Of a DNA stretch of 64,000 bases, positions 7,739-16,960 are shown one piece after another. Origin of the DNA: an uncultured Spirochaetales bacterium (GTDB lineage: Bacteria > Spirochaetota > Spirochaetia > Treponematales > Breznakiellaceae); the NCBI GenBank assembly GCA_964492245.1, contig CAZBJJ010000005.1, positions 7,862 through 71,861 of the forward strand. The letters run 5' to 3'. The position numbers and the translations under genes are program-made. Every line of letters begins with the position of its first letter. Position 1 is the first letter of the stretch. The notes under the pieces were generated by a model, which was not told the origin of the DNA, ran no database searches, and saw only the letters and a program-made list of their open reading frames with translations.

Positions 7739-8587
7739 TCAGTCCTTCTTTGCGTGTGGTCGGCGCAGATGCCGCCAGGCAAAGCGCGCACTAATTTTTC
7801 TGCCAAAAAGCCAGCTGGCAAATCGGTTTAGCTGCCAATTAAGGTAGGGCACCGATATCCAGCGCCCTCTTCCCGCCTGTTTTAGGGCCCGCCGTACCAT
7901 TTTATCGGCTGTTAGGCCCCCGGCTACCTCCTTGCGCAGGCCGCCCGATGCCACAAGGGCAAATTCGCTTTGCACCGAGCCCGGACAAAAGGCATGCACC
8001 TTAATGCCCTGCCCCTCCCACTCGGCGGCCAGGGCGGCGCTCAGGCTAAGTACATAGGCCTTGCTGGCCGCATACACGGCAAAGCCGGCTAAGGGGGCAA
8101 AGGCAGCAAGACTGGCTACATTTATAACAAGGCTGCCATTAAAAAGATACTTTCCAAGAAGGGCGCAGGCCTGGGTAAGCGAGCGGCAATTTAGGTCAAT
8201 CTGGCCCAGCTGCCAATCGCTGTCCACTTCTAAAAGAGGGCCATAGCAGCCATAGCCCGCATTGTTTATCAAAACTGATAGCCGCAAGGAGGGCTCATTG
8301 CAGAATTCTTGGGCCACGGTGTTTATCGAGTCGCTATCAGTTAGATCGAGGGCAAAGAGGCGAATGGCGATAGTGGTATCAATATTCAATAAATCCTGTT
8401 TAAGCTCTTGTAGCCGTTCAGCGCGGCGGGCAAGGAGCCATATTTCGTCAAATTGTGGCAAGTGATCTATTGGCCTTTGGTTTTTTATTTGAAGAGCCCG
8501 CCGATTTTTAACAAGCTGCAGGGCAAATTCCCGGCCTATTCCAGAAGAGGCGCCGGTGACAATTGCAATGTTTTTATATGCTTCCAT
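7739..8587 (-). CDS. Short-chain dehydrogenase/reductase (SDR)
   Basis: NIAIVTGASSGIGREFA cofactor motif, NNAG, and YAASKAYV catalytic motif. The start is taken at MEAYKNIAIVTG. Confidence 0.85.
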   Translation of the reverse strand: MEAYKNIAIVTGASSGIGREFALQLVKNRRALQIKNQRPIDHLPQFDEIWLLARRAERLQELKQDLLNIDTTIAIRLFALDLTDSDSINTVAQEFCNEPSLRLSVLINNAGYGCYGPLLEVDSDWQLGQIDLNCRSLTQACALLGKYLFNGSLVINVASLAAFAPLAGFAVYAASKAYVLSLSAALAAEWEGQGIKVHAFCPGSVQSEFALVASGGLRKEVAGGLTADKMVRRALKQAGRGRWISVPYLNWQLNRFASWLFGRKISARFAWRHLRRPHAKKD

Positions 8588-8690
8588 TAAAACCTCGTCA
8601 AGATTATGCCATGTAGGTATTACAATGTTAAGTGCAATAGGCGGAGCAATATGTATTGTATATATCATTTAGAATCTATACTTTATATAT

Positions 8691-10112
8691 ATGCACGAAA
8701 CCGATACAGCTTCCGATATAGGCAAATCGCTGCCCACCGCCAACAAAGAACAGACGGAAAGCAGCACAGTTCAACGCACTGCATTTTTAGGCTCAGAACA
8801 AATATTTCCCCTGCTCTTAAAAATGGGCATTCCCGCAACAGTGGGTATGCTGGTAAATGCGCTTTATAATGTCGTCGACTCAATTTTTGTAGGCCAGTGG
8901 GTCTCGCCCCTGGCCATTGGGGCACTTACCATTGTATTTCCCATTCAAATGATAGCTTCGGCCCTTGCCCAGGCCATAGGTGTGGGATCCGCTTCCATCG
9001 TCTCGCGCAAACTGGGCGAAAAGCAGGCCGAAGATGCGGCAAAAATTGTGGGTTCTTCGTATACGGTGGTGCTGCTGGTAAATTTAGTGCTGGTGGGTAT
9101 TGCCTATCTCTTTATGGACGATCTGCTTAAACTCTTTGGTGCCCGCGGCGAAATTTTACCCCTGGCTCGCGAATATTTAGCTGCCGTTGCCCCGGGCCTC
9201 TTCTTTTTTGGCTCTTCCATGGTGGCAAACAACCTTATTCGCGCCGAGGGAAATCCGAAGGCCTCGATGAATGGCATGTTAATTGGTGCTGGCACAAATA
9301 TTGTGCTGGACCCCATTTTCATTCTTGTCTTTGGCATGGGCGTGCGCGGAGCTGCCATCGCCACCGTTATTAGCCAAGTGGTATCTGCTGCCTACCTGTT
9401 CTCGCTGTATCCCCGCAAAAAAAGTCATATTCAGCTACAACGCAAAGATTTTCGCCCCAATCTGCGCCTTGCCGGCGACAGTTTCTTTCTGGGTTTGCCT
9501 GCCTTTATTCAGTCGGCCGGAATGAGTGTGTTAGCCCTTATTTTAAATAATAGCCTGGCCTTTTACGGCGGGGACGATGCGGTAAGTGTCTACGGCATGG
9601 TAAACCGATTGATTATGTTGGTAATCTTTCCCATTTTGGGCATTGCCCAGGGCTTCCAGCCAATTATTGGCTTTAACTATGGGGCAAAAAACTGGGATCG
9701 GGTAAAACGCACTATTGGCGTTACCCTTGCCACGGTGTTTACCCTGGGCTGTGTGGCCTTTGCCCTGCTTATGCTCTTCCCCTCGCTCTTTATTCGGCTT
9801 TTTACGCCAGAAGTGAGCTATATACAAAAAGGTGCCAGAGTATTGCGCATTCTTATATTTTTTATTCCCCTGGGAGCTCTTCAAATAATTGGCGCCACCT
9901 ATTTCCAGGCCATTGGCAAGCGCACCCAATCGCTCTTGCTCGGCCTTTCTCGCCAATTTTTGGTGCTCATTCCCCTTTTGCTGGTCTTGCCAAGACTTTT
10001 GGGGCTGGACGGTCTTTGGTTTGCCTATCCGCTGGCCGATTTGGTCTCGGTGGTCATTACCGCCGCCCTGTTTTTGCGGGAAGTTGCCCAATTAGGAGTT
10101 AAAAAAGCATGA
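8691..10112 (+). CDS. MATE family efflux transporter
   Basis: 12-TM pattern. N-terminal LLKMGIPATVGMLVNALYNVVDSIFVGQ and an internal repeat are typical of MatE. Confidence 0.85.
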   Translation: MHETDTASDIGKSLPTANKEQTESSTVQRTAFLGSEQIFPLLLKMGIPATVGMLVNALYNVVDSIFVGQWVSPLAIGALTIVFPIQMIASALAQAIGVGSASIVSRKLGEKQAEDAAKIVGSSYTVVLLVNLVLVGIAYLFMDDLLKLFGARGEILPLAREYLAAVAPGLFFFGSSMVANNLIRAEGNPKASMNGMLIGAGTNIVLDPIFILVFGMGVRGAAIATVISQVVSAAYLFSLYPRKKSHIQLQRKDFRPNLRLAGDSFFLGLPAFIQSAGMSVLALILNNSLAFYGGDDAVSVYGMVNRLIMLVIFPILGIAQGFQPIIGFNYGAKNWDRVKRTIGVTLATVFTLGCVAFALLMLFPSLFIRLFTPEVSYIQKGARVLRILIFFIPLGALQIIGATYFQAIGKRTQSLLLGLSRQFLVLIPLLLVLPRLLGLDGLWFAYPLADLVSVVITAALFLREVAQLGVKKA

Positions 10113-11512
10113 TAAATAAAGCAGTCCTTGGCCGGTCAAGTTCCGGCGAAAACCCCTTGGGGAATCAGCCTATTGGCAGGCTTCTCTTAAAATTTGCCGT
10201 TCCCAGCATTATTGCCATGTTGGTGGGAGCCCTGTACAATATTGTGGATCAGTTTTTTATTGGGCAAAAAATTGGGGTCTTAGGCAATGCGGCTACGAAT
10301 ATTGCCTTTCCCCTTTCCACCTCCTGCGTGGCCATTGGGCTTCTTTTTGGCATTGGCGGAGCAGCTGCCTTCAATCTTGCCATGGGGGCCGGTGAGCGCG
10401 AGCGGGCCACCAGTTTGGTGGGAAATGCGCTGGTCATGCTTTTTGGTCTGGGTACCCTCCTTGCGGTGGGGACCCTGCTTTTTTTAAAGCCTCTTTTAAC
10501 TTTTTTTGGCTCGCCAGATAATGTATTGCCCTATGCGATTCAATACACGAGCATTACCGCCCTGGGCTTTCCCTTTCTTATTTTTTCTACCGGAGGCGGG
10601 CATTTAATTCGTGCCGATGGCTCGCCACAGTTTGCCATGCTGTGCAATCTTTCCGGGGCAGTAATCAATACTATTTTAGACCCCATTTTTATCTTTGGTC
10701 TGGATATGGACATGGCTGGGGCTGCCTGGGCTACGGTAATTGGCCAGCTTTTTTCCTTTGGTATGGCGGTCTATTATTTTACCCACTACAAAACGGTGCA
10801 GTTAAAACTTCAGCATCTTATGTTAAAATGGAAGTTCATCTGGCGTGTGGCCTCCTTGGGGGCGGCGCCCGCTTTTAACCAGCTTGCCATGATGGTGGTG
10901 CAGATTACCATGAACAAATCGCTTACCTATTACGGGGCCATGTCGAAGTATGGTAAGGAAATTCCGCTGGCCAGTGTGGGTATTATTTCCAAGGTGGCCA
11001 TGATATTTTTTGCGGTTATCATTGGTATTTCACAGGGCATGCAGCCCATTGTAAGTTTTAATTATGGGGCACGCAAATTTGATAGGGCAAGGCGGGCCTA
11101 TACGCTGGCTTTAAAAAGTGGCTTTGTGCTCTCCTTATTTGCATCGACGCTGTTTATGAGCATTCCCCGCCAGATTATTTCCCTTTTTGGCGAGGGTTCC
11201 GCCGAATATTTTGCCTTTTCGGTGTCTTTTTTCCGCATCTTCTTCTTTTTTACCTTTATCAATTTTGTTCAGCCTATGTCGTCAAATTTCTTTACCGCGA
11301 TTGGCGTACCAAAAAAGGGCATCTTTCTTTCACTCACCCGCCAAATTATCTTTCTCCTGCCCCTTATCCTTATTTTCCCGCTATTTATGGGCATCAATGG
11401 CATTGTTTTTGCTGGCCCGATTGCCGATTTTATCGCCTTTTTGGTCTCGGTTATTATGATTCGCAGAGAATTTAAATTGATGGGCGCTTCCCCGAAAATT
11501 TCACCTAAATAG
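10109..11512 (+). CDS. MATE family efflux transporter, tandem paralogue
   Basis: ATGA overlap with the upstream MATE gene. LLKFAVPSIIAMLVGALYNIVDQFFIGQ and a polytopic pattern. Confidence 0.85.
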   Translation: MINKAVLGRSSSGENPLGNQPIGRLLLKFAVPSIIAMLVGALYNIVDQFFIGQKIGVLGNAATNIAFPLSTSCVAIGLLFGIGGAAAFNLAMGAGERERATSLVGNALVMLFGLGTLLAVGTLLFLKPLLTFFGSPDNVLPYAIQYTSITALGFPFLIFSTGGGHLIRADGSPQFAMLCNLSGAVINTILDPIFIFGLDMDMAGAAWATVIGQLFSFGMAVYYFTHYKTVQLKLQHLMLKWKFIWRVASLGAAPAFNQLAMMVVQITMNKSLTYYGAMSKYGKEIPLASVGIISKVAMIFFAVIIGISQGMQPIVSFNYGARKFDRARRAYTLALKSGFVLSLFASTLFMSIPRQIISLFGEGSAEYFAFSVSFFRIFFFFTFINFVQPMSSNFFTAIGVPKKGIFLSLTRQIIFLLPLILIFPLFMGINGIVFAGPIADFIAFLVSVIMIRREFKLMGASPKISPK

Positions 11513-11567
11513 TCGGTTTTGGAGAGAATAAAAAAATATTTGACAAGCTAAAACGGCGGGGCCCGTC

Positions 11568-14282
11568 TTATTTCTCCGTTAGACTAAACACACCATCCCA
11601 ATTTGGCTCTGGCGGGGTGGCAATGAATTTTTTACAGCGGTTAAGATAGGTCAGGGAGGGACCGTCCTCTGGGCGCTCCTCGTGGAGCTTTAAAAATAAT
11701 TTACCGGCCTTCTTCCAATCGCGACTGTCGAAAACCTGGTGCGCTTGGGCAAAGCGGTCGAGGTAGTCCAGGGTTTGGTCGTCGGTTTCGCTTACAAGGC
11801 CCAAGACCTCCCAGAGCTGGACCGGCGTGTTAATACCTACAACGCGCACCGGGTCGAAGCGACGGTAAAGGAATTCGTTTCCCGCCTCCTGCTTGGTCAT
11901 ATCGGAAATTAAAATCCAACTGCCGTATTGCTTGTTTACCCCCTCTAGGCGGGCAGCCAAGTTTACCGCATTGCCCATAATGGTATAGTCCATTTTTTGC
12001 TGTGTTCCCATATTGCCTACAACCATATCGCCGGTGTTAATGCCAATGCGGGTAAGCAGGGGAAAGGGAGTGGCCTTGTCCGCCAAAAACTGCTTGTTCA
12101 GCTCCGCCTCTTTTTGCTTCATGCGCACCGAAGCGTAGCAGGCAAGGCGGGCGTGGTCGGCAAGGGTAATGGGAGCGCCAAAGAAAGAGATAATGGCATC
12201 CCCCTCGAATTTATCAATAGTGCCCTTGTTCTCCAATATTAAATCGCTCATTGCCGAAAGATAGATGTTCAACAGCGAGACAAGATCTTCGGGATCCAGC
12301 TTTTCGCTGATAGTGGAAAAGCCCTTTACGTCGGTAAAAATAGCGGTAATCCATTTTTTTTCGCCCCCAAGGCGCAGCATGGCAGGGTTGTCCATAATTT
12401 GATTTATAACATCCGGCGAAAGATAGGTGCTCCAGGCCTTGCGTAAAAAATTCTTTTCGCGCTCTGCCACAATAAAGGTGGCAATGGTATAGGTGATAAA
12501 CGAAAGGAAGACAGCCACTGTTATGTTCAATGCAGGCAGGTAGAATCCCGAAAAATGAAAGGCAAGATAGCAAGCTACTAGCACAATAAGGGTACTGGAG
12601 GCGCCGACGAGCATTTGTAGGCGGGTTTTGAGCTTGGCAATGAGGAAGATAATGCCAAAGCTCAGTAAAATATTGAGTACAATGGCCGACCACTGGGGGG
12701 CCTCGGACAGGAAGTCGTTTTGATAAATAGTGTTAAGAACAGTGGCGTGGGTGCCAACGTTAATGTATTTTTCGTCGAAGGGATTGGCGCCAATATCGGT
12801 GGTGGCCGTGGCGGTCCAGCCCACAATACAGGTTTTGCCATCTAGCCCCTGTCGCAACAGGTCTTCTTGGGTCTTTACCGTGTTTTGTATGTTAAGGCAG
12901 TTGGTATAAATGCTGGCAAAGCGCGTGTTCAGGGCATTGTAGAGTTCGGGATCCTGGTCTTCGTCGGCATCGCGGGCAGCAAAAATAAGTTTTTGGATAT
13001 GATTTTGCCAATTTTCCTGTAGAAAATCTGCAACAGACTCTTTAAAGGCCGCCTTACTTGCAAGCCAGGCAGCTCGATCTTCGGGTTTGCCACTTTCTAA
13101 GGCAATGTGGAGCTGATTCTCTTGGAGTGACCAATGAGCAAGTGGCCCCTGCAATGGGTTGGGCCCATCAAAAAGAAGCCAGGCCTCTTGGCTGGCTAAA
13201 AGGCGCAGGTTTTCGATTAAAAGATCTTCGTTGTCGCGATATTCTAAAAGGCGGAAAAAAGAGGTGTGGGAAAAACTCTGGTAATAGGATTTTTTGGGCC
13301 AGCGCAGGAGCATTTGTCCATGTTTATCCAGGGGAATATGTATATCCTGTTTGATGCCATCAATATTGGCATCGAGAATTCGAATGTTGTGAGGGTTTAA
13401 AATTATTTCGGGCCGGTCCATCGAGTCGATAAGGGGAGAAAAGGCCAGTTGCAGATAATATTTGTCGTTTATGTTGTGAACAAGGCTTATACGGCGACGC
13501 ACGCCGTCGCTATCAATTTCCACATTGGTAAAACCGGCCCCCGCGGCGCGTGAACTGACCTCCATTATGGGAATAAGATAATCGATAAAATGCGGTTTCT
13601 TATGTCGGTTGTCCTGAACCCGAGGGTAGGCAAATTTCTTTTCGGTCAGACCTCGAAGCTCCTCGCTTATATAGTCTCCTCTTCCGTCCTGCGCATTTAT
13701 CGTAACAAAGGCCTTGCCAAAAAGGGCCATGGCCTTGCCTAAATAGCTGTCGTTTTCCATTGCCACAGCCTGGGTCTTTTTATAAAGATCATCGCGGCTT
13801 TCATCGATAAGCTCGACGAGCATATCGCCGTATTCGCCGGCATCGGATAGGGGTATTTGTCCGCTCCCCAGGGAGTTAAAGAGAAAGCCCACGTTGGAGC
13901 TAATCTCCTCGAAGGCCAGGTTGAATTCGCTGGCTAAGCCGCGTTCCAGAAAATCTCTATTTATACTTTTAGGGCTTTGCTGAAGATATTCAATATCGAA
14001 GACGACATATTGGGCACCAATTTCGGCAAGGGTTTCAAGGCCTCGCCCTACAAGGCCCCTTGGCCAGGGCCAGGAGGTGGTGCGTACAATGGAGGGCTCG
14101 TCGATATCCAAGAGCACAATGCGGGGGTCTTCCTTAACGGCCGGTTTAATATTCAGGAAGATATCGAACATTTTGCTTTCAAGATTCTCGCCAAAGTTGG
14201 TATAGCCAATTGCGGCAAGGGCGCCTCCAATTAAAAGGGGAATAAGAGTTTGGCGGCGAAAAGAGATACCCTGCTTTTTCAT
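11568..14282 (-). CDS. CHASE2 sensor domain, TM helices, class III adenylate/guanylate cyclase, and a C-terminal helical tail
   Basis: AAAGGAG RBS 5 nt before ATG 14282. N-terminal TM, then a large extracytoplasmic domain, then three TM helices (SAIVLNILLSFGIIFLIA...). Cyclase core is AIFTDVKGFSTISEKL...IDKFEGDAIISFFGAP...GINTGDMVVGNMG...YTIMGNAVNLAARLEG. Confidence 0.85.
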   Translation of the reverse strand: MKKQGISFRRQTLIPLLIGGALAAIGYTNFGENLESKMFDIFLNIKPAVKEDPRIVLLDIDEPSIVRTTSWPWPRGLVGRGLETLAEIGAQYVVFDIEYLQQSPKSINRDFLERGLASEFNLAFEEISSNVGFLFNSLGSGQIPLSDAGEYGDMLVELIDESRDDLYKKTQAVAMENDSYLGKAMALFGKAFVTINAQDGRGDYISEELRGLTEKKFAYPRVQDNRHKKPHFIDYLIPIMEVSSRAAGAGFTNVEIDSDGVRRRISLVHNINDKYYLQLAFSPLIDSMDRPEIILNPHNIRILDANIDGIKQDIHIPLDKHGQMLLRWPKKSYYQSFSHTSFFRLLEYRDNEDLLIENLRLLASQEAWLLFDGPNPLQGPLAHWSLQENQLHIALESGKPEDRAAWLASKAAFKESVADFLQENWQNHIQKLIFAARDADEDQDPELYNALNTRFASIYTNCLNIQNTVKTQEDLLRQGLDGKTCIVGWTATATTDIGANPFDEKYINVGTHATVLNTIYQNDFLSEAPQWSAIVLNILLSFGIIFLIAKLKTRLQMLVGASSTLIVLVACYLAFHFSGFYLPALNITVAVFLSFITYTIATFIVAEREKNFLRKAWSTYLSPDVINQIMDNPAMLRLGGEKKWITAIFTDVKGFSTISEKLDPEDLVSLLNIYLSAMSDLILENKGTIDKFEGDAIISFFGAPITLADHARLACYASVRMKQKEAELNKQFLADKATPFPLLTRIGINTGDMVVGNMGTQQKMDYTIMGNAVNLAARLEGVNKQYGSWILISDMTKQEAGNEFLYRRFDPVRVVGINTPVQLWEVLGLVSETDDQTLDYLDRFAQAHQVFDSRDWKKAGKLFLKLHEERPEDGPSLTYLNRCKKFIATPPEPNWDGVFSLTEK

Positions 14283-14356
14283 ACGTGCTCCTTTTGGCCA
14301 GTATACACCGGAAATCCAAAAGTTTGATGAATAAAACACCATTTTAATCAATTTTC

Positions 14357-14385
14357 TTTATAAACGGTAAGAAATGTGCTATAAT
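14357..14385 (+). promoter_or_regulatory. Candidate extended -10 promoter for the 14420-16766 operon
   Basis: TTTATA (14357-14362), a 17-nt spacer ending in TGc, and TATAAT (14380-14385), 35 nt upstream of ATG 14420. Confidence 0.45.
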
Positions 14386-14419
14386 GGGAGTAAGTATCTT
14401 AATAAAAGGTGGTGATAAG

Positions 14420-14866
14420 ATGCAGAGACTGTTTTTTGTCATTGGTTTTATATCAATGGCAATGGTGTTAAATGCTCAATCGAATGAGTTTTTAGACGAT
14501 CTATTGGCGGTGGAGAATTTAACTGCAGGTAAGGCTGCCTATTTAGTCATGGTGGCTTCGGAGAATGTAAGCGAGGATGCCGACGAAGCGCGGGCCTTTG
14601 AGCTTATGCAAAACATGGGATATTCACCTAAAAACGTGGAATTTTCCCAGCCCATTCGTATTCGAGATTATGCATTTATTTTGATGAAGGCCTTCGACAT
14701 TAAAGGAAGTCTTATGTATCGTCTTTTCCCCAGTCCCCGATATGCTTATCGCTCACTTTCTGCTATGCAGGTTATACAGGGTGTAAAAAATCCAAGTGAT
14801 TTGTTTGATGGCAATGCGGCAATTCAAATATTGGGCCGGGTCTTTGATATAAAAGGATTGAACTAA
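14420..14866 (+). CDS. Secreted hypothetical protein, 148 aa
   Basis: AAAGGTGGTG RBS. Signal-peptide-like MQRLFFVIGFISMAMVLNAQS. Repeated amphipathic segments (LTAGKAAYLVMVA, IRIRDYAFILMKAF, GNAAIQILGRVF) resemble SLH-like repeats. I recognise no definite family. Confidence 0.55.
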   Translation: MQRLFFVIGFISMAMVLNAQSNEFLDDLLAVENLTAGKAAYLVMVASENVSEDADEARAFELMQNMGYSPKNVEFSQPIRIRDYAFILMKAFDIKGSLMYRLFPSPRYAYRSLSAMQVIQGVKNPSDLFDGNAAIQILGRVFDIKGLN

Positions 14867-14867
14867 T

Positions 14868-16088
14868 ATGAAGAAGAATGTTTTTTGTATAGCGCTCGTT
14901 TTATCTCTGTTTTCTCATGGGCTTGTATTCGCCTTCGATTTTGGCCTTACCCTGAGCAATTATAGTACCTTGCTCGGTGGCTCCTCCATTGGCCTGGAAC
15001 AGAGTAATCGACTTTTAGCCTGGGTTACTCAGAGTTTTGGTTCGAATATAGACCTATATGCTTCTGGCTACTATCAGTTTCAAGCGGAGCTTTCCGAGGA
15101 TTCTACGGTGATTGTGCCCTATGTGTTTAATGTTGGCCGTTTTGAATTGTCTGGGACGGTCGACGAGGTGTTTGGCGAAAACACTTCTTTGTCCTATAAT
15201 TTCGGGCGCATTAGTCTTGTCGATTTTTCTAATCGGGTAATCAACGGCCTAAACGATGGTGCCCTGGCAAGCTTGGGTATTGGCAATAATACCATATCTG
15301 TATTTGGGGCCTACCGGGGCCTGCTTTTAGCCGACGAGGCACAGTCGCCTCTGCCGACAAGCGGCGGCGGCCTTGAAGAAAGCTTCGGGGTGGCTTTTGC
15401 GCCGGCCTCGGTGGTGGCCGGCGCGGCGGTGCAGGCCGCCGAACTCTTGCCCTCGCACGATATTGGCCTAGAGTTTTGGGCAATGTTCGACCTCGACGAG
15501 GCCGGCGGCAAGACGAATTATCAGTATTTAGAACAGTACGTCGATGGCCGCATAAATGCACAGTTTCGCTGGAAGCTCTGGAATGTGCTCGGGTTTAGCA
15601 ATGCCAGTAGCGACTACTTTGCAATGGCTTCTGGTGGTCAAATCCGCTATGCCAACCCCCGTTTAAAAAATTTACGGCTTACGCAGTCGATATTATGGGC
15701 AAGTGGCACTGGCGACAATCTTTCTTCATACCTGCCTATTCAACTGGGCGAAATATCGGGGTCCAGTTATTTTGCCTTCCAAAACATTCTGGCTCCGGTA
15801 ACAGAGCTTTCCTTTTACCCCCTGTCCGCTCTGGCTTTACAGACCGGAGCCCGTATTTTGTTTAAATCTGGCATCGAGGGCCCCAGTATCCCCGGGGCAA
15901 CAATGAGGGACAATGCCACTGGTTCGTATTTAGGTTTTGAACCCTATGTGGGCATTAATTATGCCCCCTTTAGCGACCTTAATCTATCTCTGGTTTTAAA
16001 TCTATTTGTACCCGAGACATCGGCTGCCTTCCAGGCAGATACAGGTATTTTATTTAAGGCAAATCTGGCCTTCACATTATTACTGTAA
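14868..16088 (+). CDS. Secreted hypothetical protein, 406 aa, possibly an outer-membrane beta-barrel
   Basis: Starts 1 nt after the upstream stop. Signal peptide MKKNVFCIALVLSLFSHGLVFA. Gly/Ser/Tyr/Phe-rich with alternating hydrophobic stretches throughout. No family recognised. Confidence 0.5.
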   Translation: MKKNVFCIALVLSLFSHGLVFAFDFGLTLSNYSTLLGGSSIGLEQSNRLLAWVTQSFGSNIDLYASGYYQFQAELSEDSTVIVPYVFNVGRFELSGTVDEVFGENTSLSYNFGRISLVDFSNRVINGLNDGALASLGIGNNTISVFGAYRGLLLADEAQSPLPTSGGGLEESFGVAFAPASVVAGAAVQAAELLPSHDIGLEFWAMFDLDEAGGKTNYQYLEQYVDGRINAQFRWKLWNVLGFSNASSDYFAMASGGQIRYANPRLKNLRLTQSILWASGTGDNLSSYLPIQLGEISGSSYFAFQNILAPVTELSFYPLSALALQTGARILFKSGIEGPSIPGATMRDNATGSYLGFEPYVGINYAPFSDLNLSLVLNLFVPETSAAFQADTGILFKANLAFTLLL

Positions 16089-16100
16089 AGGAGAATTAGA

Positions 16101-16766
16101 ATGAAGAAGCTTTTTGGTCTTGTTTTAGTATTTTTTGCCTCAACAGCCATTGTTTTTGCAGCCCAAGCCGAGTTTTCGGTCGTGAACGGCAAGGTAGAGT
16201 ATCAACTTGCCAGCGGGGAATGGCGACCGGCAAGAGTTGGCGATAAAATAGATACCAATGTCTTGGTTTCTACCGGCTTTAAGAGCAATGCGGTTTTAAA
16301 ATTAAATGCCACAAGCATAAGTATGCGTCCTCTTACCCGCCTAACCCTAGAGCAGATGCAGGAGACGAGTGAGGGTTCGCAGACACAGTTGCTCTTACTT
16401 GCGGGGCGGGTTAGGGCCGATGTGCCACCCCAAGAGGGGAAGACCACCGAGTTCACCGTTAAAAGCACTACCGCCACGGCATCGGTGCGGGGGACATCCT
16501 TCGAATTTGATGGGCGCAACCTTATTGTCGATAGAGGGGCTGTACAGTTGGGCACCCGTCGAGGGCGGCACCGCAGGGTAGCAGCTGGCGAGTTTGGCTT
16601 TGTCGCAGACGATGGAAATATTCAGCAGCCAGTGGCCAGCAATACGGATATTGGCTTGGAGGCGCTCGATCAACTTATGACACAGGCGGAATCAGAAGAG
16701 CTTGTTCTTTTTCAAGCTCCTACTTCTGGGCCTCGTACGACGGACATCGTTATAACAGTAGAGTAG
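16101..16766 (+). CDS. FecR-domain protein, secreted or periplasmic
   Basis: AAGGAG RBS. Signal peptide MKKLFGLVLVFFASTAIVFA. GKVEYQLASGEWRPARVGDKIDTNVLVSTGFKSNAVLKLNATSISMRPLTRLTL and TATASVRGTSFEF match the FecR fold signature. Confidence 0.75.
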   Translation: MKKLFGLVLVFFASTAIVFAAQAEFSVVNGKVEYQLASGEWRPARVGDKIDTNVLVSTGFKSNAVLKLNATSISMRPLTRLTLEQMQETSEGSQTQLLLLAGRVRADVPPQEGKTTEFTVKSTTATASVRGTSFEFDGRNLIVDRGAVQLGTRRGRHRRVAAGEFGFVADDGNIQQPVASNTDIGLEALDQLMTQAESEELVLFQAPTSGPRTTDIVITVE

Positions 16767-16789
16767 GTATCCTGTAGACCGCTTTATTT

Positions 16790-16822
16790 GGCCAATCAGC
16801 ATACACTGATTGGCCTTTTTTT
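16790..16822 (+). terminator. Intrinsic terminator of the 14420-16766 operon
   Basis: GGCCAATCAG (16790-16799), loop CATACA, CTGATTGGCC (16806-16815), then TTTTTTT. Confidence 0.8.
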
Positions 16823-16960
16823 ATCTTAAAGAGGGGCTAATTACTATTTGGCGCAATTGATGGGCGAACTTGGCAAAGGCCTTCCGGTTGGGGAAGACCT
16901 GTGGCAATGGGGGTAAGGGCGCATTGCTTGCCGCTACCCAGAGCCGTACATCAATCTTCT

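Noticed and set aside
7738-7821. Long N-terminal extensions given by the ORF track. Examples: 7075..7821, 7739..8668, 27705..28274, 28216..29379, 40806..41687, 41620..42609, 45636..47159, 58717..60366.
   Set aside because: The track takes the first ATG, GTG or TTG after a stop. In each case a downstream start has a Shine-Dalgarno motif, matches the homologous N-terminus or a signal peptide, and removes an implausible overlap with the neighbouring gene.
9286-9306. Sigma54-like TGGCAC...TTGTG sequence, considered as a possible target of the NtrC-like regulator
   Set aside because: The -12 element is GT rather than GC at the required GG-N10-GC spacing, and the site lies inside the first MATE coding sequence. 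Other TGGCAC occurrences, for example near 20521 and 53515, also fail on spacing or context.
16823-16960. Possible small ORF or sRNA in the 138-bp gap between the FecR-operon terminator and the convergent 429-aa gene
   Set aside because: Only a 16-codon ORF without an RBS is present. I could find no promoter-like element or stable structure. This is insufficient evidence.
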